A stretch of DNA of 64,000 nucleotides. Origin: an uncultured Fibrobacterota bacterium. Lineage in GTDB: Bacteria > Fibrobacterota > Chitinivibrionia > Chitinivibrionales > FEN-1185. Location of the stretch: assembly GCA_963729895.1 (NCBI GenBank), contig CAVSQB010000012.1:1-64000 (forward strand), given 5' to 3'. Of this stretch, positions 57,230 to 64,000 are shown piece by piece; the first letter of the stretch is position 1; the number at the start of each line of letters is the position of its first letter. Made by a program: the position numbers and the translations under genes. The notes under the pieces were generated by a model. That model did not search any database. It had not been told where the DNA came from and saw only the letters and a program-made list of their open reading frames with translations.

Positions 57230-57900
57230 AAGACTTTGGCTCGGAAACTGTTGTGACGCGAGATTAAGAGCTGCCGTGAAGCCAATAGACTGTTGTGTAT
57301 TTTATGGCTAATAACTAATTGATGCGCTATGAGTTAAAGCACATTATTTAATCTTGATTGTAGCTGGATCGAACTGTACTAAAGACCTCAGTTTGTGCCA
57401 TCAGGAAAACGCCCGATGCAGATCTTGAAAAGATGCTCTTAATTGGGACCATTGGCCGGAAGTTTGTGCCAGGAGCGCCGTCTCTTAGCGGGTCTTGATC
57501 AGGAAGATGGAGGGGCTTTTCTATCTGGCTTCTTTTGGTGTTTCTTGAGATATTCCTCGAACGACTGAAGATACTTCGGGTTTCCGGGAACGACTACATG
57601 GGTTTCCGCATAGCGCCGCCCCAGGGAATGGGCATCGCCCATGTAGAGCTTGTCTCCATTTACAAATCTGTTGGCCAGGCCGCCAAGCGACTTCGCCCGC
57701 TTTTTGGCGTCTCCGTAGGCCTTTTGGAGCGCGGCTCGAGTTGCCTCGGTGCCATTTTCATAGAGGTCGGCTATAGCCCACGTCAAGTGCCATACGTTGA
57801 AACTTTGCTTGAGCAAGCCGACATGTGAGAAATAGAGGTCACTGATTTTTGCCGCTTGGGCGACGGTCACAACCTGGTCACGAATTGCCCAAACCCCTAG

Positions 57901-59212
57901 CAGGGTGTTGAAAAAGTCTCCCTTTTGTAAACATTTATCCTTATATTATAGGGGAACCCCAACCAAGGAGTATTGATGAGAGGTTCCCAGCCAGCCCAAG
58001 GCGGTATGTTCAGCTTCGTTTCTCCGGATTCCCGAGTGCCGGCAACGCACCCGCTTCGTCGTGTCAAACAGTTTACGGACATAGCGCTGCGCCGCCTTTC
58101 TCGTGACTTTGAGGCGATGTACAGCCGGATGGGACGCCCTTCGATACCGCCGGAATGGCTTTTGAAAGCACAGATATTGATGGCTTTGTTTTCGATACGG
58201 TCGGACCGGTTGTTTTGCGAGATGCTGGACTATAACATTCTGTTCCGATGGTTTCTTGACATGGATCTGGATGCGGCATCGTTTGATCATAGTGTGTTTT
58301 CGAAGAACCGAGATCGACTTATGGAACAGGAGATTGCGCACCGGCTGATGCAGGAAATCGTGCGTCTTGCTCGTTCCGAAGAGTTGTTGTCCGATGAGCA
58401 TTTCACGGTTGACGGCACGTTGATTGAAGCCTGGGCATCGATGAAGAGCTTCAAGCGAAAAGACGCGGAATCGGCGAACAAGACTGACGATGATCGGAGT
58501 AATCCGTCGGTTGATTTCCACCATGAGAAGCGAAGCAATGAGACACATCAGAGTTCGACCGATCCAGAGGCGCTGTTGGCTCGGAAGAACAAGAGAACGG
58601 GAGCGCAGCTGGCGTATTCCGGTCACGTGCTGATGGAAAACCGAAATGGGTTGTGTGTTGATATCGCCATTGCGCCAGCGACGGGGACAGCGGAACGGGA
58701 TATGGCGCTTGAGCTGATAAAGCATGAACGCAGGCGCGGAAAACGCCGGATGAAGACGGTGGGTGCAGACAAAGGGTATCATGCAACCGAATTTATCAAG
58801 AGCCTGCGACGCCTGCACGTGAAGCCTCACATTGCCGAGAAGGCCAACACTTCGCTTAAAGGGTTGGATGGAAGAACGACTCGGCATAAGGGATACAGCG
58901 TAAGTCAACGGAAACGAAAACGGGTTGAAGAGATATTTGGGTGGATCAAGAGCGTCGGTGGCCTGCGGAAAACTCGGGTAAGAGGAATACGAATCAACCA
59001 GACTGTTGCCTACGTGGTTGCCGCAGCGTACAACTTGATACGCATGGTTAAGTTGATGCCGCAAACGGTGGGGGCAGCATGAGAATGGCCTGGGAATCCG
59101 GGGAAATGCCTCGGAACGAGGCAGGTAAAACCTCTCTGACATATGTAAAGTTGAAGTTAGGTTCATAAAAAATCAACAAGAGCGCTTCTGTTAGGACTAT
59201 TTCAACAACCTG
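57901..59212 (+). mobile_element. IS5-family insertion sequence, copy 2 (1312 bp)
   Basis: Same IRs as copy 1; perfect CTAG target duplication at 57897-57900 and 59213-59216. Confidence 0.95.
57973..59082 (+). CDS. IS5-family DDE transposase (R201L relative to copy 1)
   Basis: Protein identical to 361-1470 except TDPEALL versus TDPEARL. Confidence 0.93.
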   Translation: MMRGSQPAQGGMFSFVSPDSRVPATHPLRRVKQFTDIALRRLSRDFEAMYSRMGRPSIPPEWLLKAQILMALFSIRSDRLFCEMLDYNILFRWFLDMDLDAASFDHSVFSKNRDRLMEQEIAHRLMQEIVRLARSEELLSDEHFTVDGTLIEAWASMKSFKRKDAESANKTDDDRSNPSVDFHHEKRSNETHQSSTDPEALLARKNKRTGAQLAYSGHVLMENRNGLCVDIAIAPATGTAERDMALELIKHERRRGKRRMKTVGADKGYHATEFIKSLRRLHVKPHIAEKANTSLKGLDGRTTRHKGYSVSQRKRKRVEEIFGWIKSVGGLRKTRVRGIRINQTVAYVVAAAYNLIRMVKLMPQTVGAA

Positions 59213-59638
59213 CTAGTACGCAGCCCAGAGTTCCTTTATCGATTTCCATGGCGGCGATCTTGAGTGTCTGATCTATATCTACGCCCGCAAGCAGAACTTT
59301 TGTGCGGTCATGAGTGAGATACCGCATGCATCCCTGCAGGCCCGCCAGTGCAGCTATGCCGACGGAAGCCTGCAGCAGCATTCTTAATAACACGTTGGTC
59401 CGAATCGACCTCTTATGGATTGCATCCACTTGATCTCCCTCTCCTTTTAACAGCACGCATTTTCTATGCCAACATGGATCCTTGAGATTTTTCCCCTGGA
59501 AATCCGCCTCATTTTTGTTGCCCCATAATAAAGAACTCTTTTATATTTAAACTTCTTGTCTTCAATGTGGCAACAGTTTGACCTTTCTTGTTTTCGCACA
59601 ACGGTGCACACCTTATCTGGTATCACATCGGAGGATGC

Positions 59639-61729
59639 ATGAAGAAGTACGAGGCGAATTCGATTCGAAACGTATGTCTCCTTTCCCACGGCGGTGTTGG
59701 AAAAACAACGCTGCTTGAGGCCGTTTGTTACACGTCGAAGGGCACAACCAAGCTGAACAAGGTAAACAACGGGACCAGCATTTTCGACGCGCGGTCCGAT
59801 GAAAAAGAACGCAAGATGACGATCACCATGAAGCTCGGGTTCTGCGAATGGAACAACGCAAAGATCAATTTCCTCGATACGCCGGGTTTTCTCGACCTCC
59901 AGGGCGATGCAAAGGCGGCGCTTCGGGTGGTGGAGTCTGCGGTGATCCTGGTAAGCGCGCTCGACGGCGTGCAGGTGGGCACGGAACTCATGTCGCGGTT
60001 CGTGGAGGAGACAAAGATGCCGAAGCTCTTCTTTGTCAATGACCTGGACAAAGACAATGTCGATTTCGAAAAGACGCTTGCAAATCTCAAAGACACCTAC
60101 GGCAACACCGTAGCGCCGCTTTCTATTCCCCTTGGAACCGGCGCATCGTTCAAGGGGGTCATCGACCTTGTCAACAGGGAAGCGTTTGAATACACCCGGG
60201 AGGGCAGTGGAATCGGAAAGAAGATCGATATTCCGGCCGAGCTTTCCGGCAGGGTTGACGGCCTCAGGTCGTCGCTCATGGAATCGGTGGCCGAAACCGA
60301 CGAGACCCTCATGAACACCTACTTCGAAAAAGGCGAACTGACGCTTGAGGAGCTGAAACAGGGACTTGCCAAGGGGTTCTCCGACGGCGCGATTTCTCCG
60401 CTCCTGTGCGGCAGCGCGCTTCTCAACATGGGGACCGACGTTCTGCTCACGATGGTCGTCAGTCTCTGTCCGTCTCCTTTATCGCGGAAAGATGTGGAAG
60501 TCGTGGCCGGGGAAGAGAAGAAGAATATTCCCGTGTCCGAATCCATGCCGGCATCGGCTTTTGTTTTCAAGACCATTTCTGAGGAGCACATCGGTGATTT
60601 CAATTGCGTGCGTGTGTTCACCGGCAAACTCGCAACGGGTAAAGATGTTCAGAATCTCACAAGAAGTTCGTCGGAGCGCATCAGCAATATGTATTTCATG
60701 CGCGGCCACGAACGGGTCGACACTGCGGAAATCGGGTTCGGAGACATAGGCGCAATGCTCAAAATGAAAGACACCCATACAAACGATACGCTCGCAGACA
60801 AGGGCGTCTCGTATACATTTTTGCCCGTCAAGTTTGTCGAGCCCCTGGTGAACGTGGCGATCACTTCGAAGAACAAGGGCGATGAGGACAAGATCGGCAT
60901 GGGGTTCACCAAGATTCATGAAGAGGACCCGACCTTCAGCTACAAGTTCCACGGCGACATCAAACAGTCGATACTTTCGGCGATGGGAGATATCCACATC
61001 GATATCATTTTGGGAAGCCTCAAGAGCAGGTTCAAAGTGGAGGTCGAGAAGAAGCAACCGAAAATATCCTACCGGGAAACAATCACCAAAACCGTAAAAT
61101 ACGTGGAGTACACCCACAAAAAACAGTCCGGCGGGGCAGGCCAGTACGCCAAGGTGGCAATCGACTTAGAACCGCTTCCCCGCGGTTCCGGGTACGAATT
61201 CGTGGACAAGATAGTTGGCGGGGTCATCGACCAATCGTTCAGACCCAGTGTTGACAAAGGCGTTCACGCCAAACTTGAAGAAGGTATTCTTGCCGGGTAT
61301 CCTATTGTCGATGTTCGGGTGTACCTTGTCGATGGCAAGACCCATCCCGTCGATTCCAAGGATATCGCGTTTCAGATCGCGGGGCGCGAAGTATTCAAGA
61401 TCGCGTTCGAGCAGGCCGGTCCGATTCTTCTTGAGCCTATTTCGGACATGCGGATCACCGTGCCCGACGATTATACCGGCGACGTGATGGGAGACCTCTC
61501 TTCGCGCCGCGGCAAGATCGGCGGCATGGAGCCGGAAGGCAAGTTCCAGACTATTGTTGCAAAAGTGCCTGAGGCTGAGGTGCAGAACTATTCACAGGCG
61601 CTGCGCGCGCTTTCGCAAGGGCGGGGCTATTTTTCAAAGACGTTTTCTCATTACGAGCCGGTTCCCACCGAAGTGGCGAGAAAGATCATCGAGGCCTCCA
61701 AGCAAATCATTCAGGAAGTGAAGGAATAG
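59639..61729 (+). CDS. Elongation factor G paralogue (EF-G2/EF-G II-like)
   Basis: HGGVGKTT, DTPGFLD, EEDPT, KKQSGGAGQY, ILLEPI; GGAGG RBS; outside the str operon; G4 motif is NDLD. Confidence 0.92.
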   Translation: MKKYEANSIRNVCLLSHGGVGKTTLLEAVCYTSKGTTKLNKVNNGTSIFDARSDEKERKMTITMKLGFCEWNNAKINFLDTPGFLDLQGDAKAALRVVESAVILVSALDGVQVGTELMSRFVEETKMPKLFFVNDLDKDNVDFEKTLANLKDTYGNTVAPLSIPLGTGASFKGVIDLVNREAFEYTREGSGIGKKIDIPAELSGRVDGLRSSLMESVAETDETLMNTYFEKGELTLEELKQGLAKGFSDGAISPLLCGSALLNMGTDVLLTMVVSLCPSPLSRKDVEVVAGEEKKNIPVSESMPASAFVFKTISEEHIGDFNCVRVFTGKLATGKDVQNLTRSSSERISNMYFMRGHERVDTAEIGFGDIGAMLKMKDTHTNDTLADKGVSYTFLPVKFVEPLVNVAITSKNKGDEDKIGMGFTKIHEEDPTFSYKFHGDIKQSILSAMGDIHIDIILGSLKSRFKVEVEKKQPKISYRETITKTVKYVEYTHKKQSGGAGQYAKVAIDLEPLPRGSGYEFVDKIVGGVIDQSFRPSVDKGVHAKLEEGILAGYPIVDVRVYLVDGKTHPVDSKDIAFQIAGREVFKIAFEQAGPILLEPISDMRITVPDDYTGDVMGDLSSRRGKIGGMEPEGKFQTIVAKVPEAEVQNYSQALRALSQGRGYFSKTFSHYEPVPTEVARKIIEASKQIIQEVKE

Positions 61730-61757
61730 ACAGGTTTCTTTTTCAGGAAAAGGCCAC

Positions 61758-61784
61758 CAAGGGGCGATCTTCGGTCGCCCCTTG
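61758..61784. terminator. Hairpin after the EF-G paralogue
   Basis: CAAGGGGCGATC-TTC-GGTCGCCCCTTG; weak U-tract. Confidence 0.55.
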
Positions 61785-61850
61785 CAATTTGGACGTAACA
61801 AAAGCGAACAGCTGTTGCTTTCGCGACGTAAAAAAGGAGTAGCTGCAACA

Positions 61851-62894
61851 ATGGCCCGTTTGAAAACCATCGAATGGATCAACGACTGTGCGCGCATAAT
61901 CGACCAGACCCTCCTTCCGAAATCGCTGGTGTACAGGGATATTCGAACATCGGAGGAAATGTACGAGGCCATAAAAGTTCTTCGCGTTAGGGGAGCGCCC
62001 GCCATCGGCGTCGCTGCCGCGTTCGGGCTTTACCTGGGAATACGGGACATTTCTAACGCAGCTTCAACTGATGCTTTTACGGCGGAACTCGACACGCAGG
62101 CGCGGCGCCTCATCTCCTCGCGTCCGACGGCGGTCAACCTGCCATGGGCAATACGCCGAATGGTTGATTTTACAGAGTCTCTTGGTGATGCGGGCGTTGC
62201 GGAGAAGAAAAGCAGGATGCTTGACGAAGCGAAAAAGATTCTGGAGGAAGACAGGCGCATGTGCCGTGCAATAGGGAAGAACGGTCTTGAGCTTCTCAGG
62301 AACTGCAAGGCGATACTCACTCATTGCAACGCCGGCGGGCTTGCAACGAGCGAATTCGGAACAGCCCTTGCCCCGATCTATCTGGCGCAGGAAAATGGAA
62401 TGAGTATCCATGTGTTTGCAGACGAAACCAGGCCGCTGTTGCAGGGCTCCCGCATAACCGCCTTCGAGCTGATGGCTGCCGGAATTCCGGTTACCGTGAT
62501 ATGCGACAATATGGCGGCCACGGTCATGGCGCGGGGCATGGTTGACGCGGTGGTTGTCGGCGCGGACAGAATTGCGTCCAACGGCGACACGGCAAATAAG
62601 ATCGGCACCTACGGAGTGGCCTTGCTGGCAAAAGCGCACCGCATTCCGTTCTATGTGGCGGCTCCTTCTTCCACCTTCGACCTGTCCCTTCCAAGCGGGA
62701 ATGCGATCCCTATTGAGGAACGTCCGGCCAGGGAGATTACTTGCGGGTTCGGAACACAAACTGCTCCGGAGAACGTGTCGGTGTTCAACCCTGCATTCGA
62801 CGTCACGCCTGGTGCTCTTGTTACGGCAATTGTCACCGACAAAGGGATCATTCTTCCCCCGTTCATGGAATCTATCGCCCGAGTGCTCGCCTGA
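61851..62894 (+). CDS. mtnA: S-methyl-5-thioribose-1-phosphate isomerase
   Basis: DQTLLP, VRGAPAIG, RPTAVNL, THCNAGGLAT, DETRPLLQGSRIT, NKIGTY, NPAFDVTP. Confidence 0.96.
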   Translation: MARLKTIEWINDCARIIDQTLLPKSLVYRDIRTSEEMYEAIKVLRVRGAPAIGVAAAFGLYLGIRDISNAASTDAFTAELDTQARRLISSRPTAVNLPWAIRRMVDFTESLGDAGVAEKKSRMLDEAKKILEEDRRMCRAIGKNGLELLRNCKAILTHCNAGGLATSEFGTALAPIYLAQENGMSIHVFADETRPLLQGSRITAFELMAAGIPVTVICDNMAATVMARGMVDAVVVGADRIASNGDTANKIGTYGVALLAKAHRIPFYVAAPSSTFDLSLPSGNAIPIEERPAREITCGFGTQTAPENVSVFNPAFDVTPGALVTAIVTDKGIILPPFMESIARVLA

Positions 62895-62899
62895 GCCCC

Positions 62900-63151
62900 A
62901 TGCAGTACGGAATTGTCAAGTGGTTCAACGAGGGGCAAGGGCGGGGAGTAATAATCTCCGACAGCGGCGCTGCAGAACTTGCCGTCGGCGGTTCCGACAT
63001 TTTGGGCGAGGGATTCAAGGTTCTTGAAGAAGGCCAGCGGGTGAGCTTTGACGTTGTGAAAACCTCAAGGGGACTTTCGGCAACGAGGGTGAGCACGTTG
63101 GACGGCAAAGCGCGCCGAGCGCTCGATCAGGCTCCCCTTAACAACGCGTAA
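62900..63151 (+). CDS. Divergent cold-shock-domain protein
   Basis: GIVKWFN...I.GEGFKVLEEGQRVSFDV...RG..A..V, with degenerate RNP motifs. Confidence 0.8.
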   Translation: MQYGIVKWFNEGQGRGVIISDSGAAELAVGGSDILGEGFKVLEEGQRVSFDVVKTSRGLSATRVSTLDGKARRALDQAPLNNA

Positions 63152-63996
63152 TTCTTCCGAAACTTCCACATCGGCGTCCCTTTTGCAAAATTCGGCATTA
63201 AATATCCGCGCGCCACGGCATTAGACCATCTCGGCTGACGTAGAGCCCTCTCCCAGATGTCCTGCACGGAATCGAACGAGTATATCCCCCAGAGCCGGAG
63301 CACTCCCTGTTCGTTACGCACGCAATTGGCGTAGGACGTGGCTGCGGTATAGCCCAGGCTGCGCGCCATGCGCCAAACGCGCCTGTTCCACTGTCCAAAG
63401 GGGAAAGAAAGACTCGACACGGGTTTGCCCGTAATGTCTTCCAGAATACTTTTCGAACGAGAGAGTTCTTCTGCGAGGTCGGTGTCGCCAAGCAACGTGA
63501 GGTTTGCGTGGCTCATAGTGTGGCTGCCGATCTCGTGCCCGAGTGCGGCGATTTCCCGGACCTGTTCTTTTGTCAAATGGGCCTGGGGCGGCAACGTGTC
63601 CCATGTTGAGGCCCGGCCCAGAAATCCTGCAACGGGGAACACGGTTGCCTTGATAGTGTGCCTGGACAAAAGTGGAAGCGCACGGGAGTAGAAACTCTCA
63701 AATCCGTCGTCAAAGGTCAAAACAATGGGCGTCCCGCTATCGGCATCGTGTCCCCGGCGGACCGCTTCACTCACGGTAGAGAAGGTACGGTTGTCATCGA
63801 CAAGCGTACCGAGTAGTGCGGCGAACTTGTCAGGAGAGTAATAGGAAAAGTGCGGCTCCTTTTTCTCCAACAGCGCATGAAGAAGAAGGCCAACGGGCCC
63901 CGGCCGAGGTTTTCTGCGTCCGAACAGCAGCACGGCGGCGGCTCCCACTCCAAGTGGAAACAACAACGCTATGGCTGAAACGCACATTGCCAGCAT
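63127..63996 (-). CDS. Polysaccharide deacetylase-family protein (start may lie beyond the window)
   Basis: LTFDDG, ATVF, EIGSHTMSH, SFPFG; N-terminal TM helix. Confidence 0.88.
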   Translation of the reverse strand: MLAMCVSAIALLFPLGVGAAAVLLFGRRKPRPGPVGLLLHALLEKKEPHFSYYSPDKFAALLGTLVDDNRTFSTVSEAVRRGHDADSGTPIVLTFDDGFESFYSRALPLLSRHTIKATVFPVAGFLGRASTWDTLPPQAHLTKEQVREIAALGHEIGSHTMSHANLTLLGDTDLAEELSRSKSILEDITGKPVSSLSFPFGQWNRRVWRMARSLGYTAATSYANCVRNEQGVLRLWGIYSFDSVQDIWERALRQPRWSNAVARGYLMPNFAKGTPMWKFRKNYALLRGA

Positions 63997-64000
63997 AAAA

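Larger units (their letters stand above)
57499..59429 (-). pseudogene. Lipoprotein gene disrupted by IS5 copy 2
   Basis: Removing the IS and one CTAG restores the frame: ...ALAGLQGC...KGTLGCVL|GVWAIRDQVVTVAQAAK... Confidence 0.85.

Noticed and set aside
57290..57430. AT-rich patch with attC-like words and a short ORF
   Set aside because: No convincing attC palindrome, no integron integrase, and the ORF is too short to support.
289..59212. Giant composite transposon between the two direct IS5 copies
   Set aside because: Copy 2 has its own CTAG duplication within a restorable gene, and the interval is core housekeeping DNA.

Overview
A 64-kb, mostly GC-rich chromosomal window from a Gram-negative bacterium. 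The gene content (PorV-like barrel, C-terminal-domain secreted proteins, GldAFG-like ABC system, Hc1-like histone protein) suggests the FCB superphylum, possibly Fibrobacterota/Chitinivibrionales; this is inference only. The core carries leuS, rdgB, polA, aspartokinase, rex-serC-serA, icd, tRNA-Gly(CCC), sppA, an MltD-like enzyme, an atypical EF-G and mtnA. Mobile DNA comprises two complete, nearly identical 1312-bp IS5-family elements, the left end of a third inverted copy at the window edge, an IS1380-family transposase and several families of small palindromic repeats; a HepT/MntA toxin-antitoxin pair is also present. The most interesting candidates are: (i) a three-gene outer-membrane/secretion module (PorV-like barrel with a large LysM-like and beta-propeller insertion, a secreted M6-like protease lacking its HExxH motif, and an active-looking gluzincin/PD40/Omp85-like barrel protein); (ii) an orphan, highly structured ~190-nt non-coding element that resembles an IS110/IS1111 non-coding end without a transposase; (iii) an apparent IS5 composite transposon carrying a 253-bp receiver-domain fragment; (iv) several proteins with degenerate functional motifs (EF-G G4, cold-shock RNP motifs, a pseudo-receiver). 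All family assignments come from motif recognition by eye; no database search was run.
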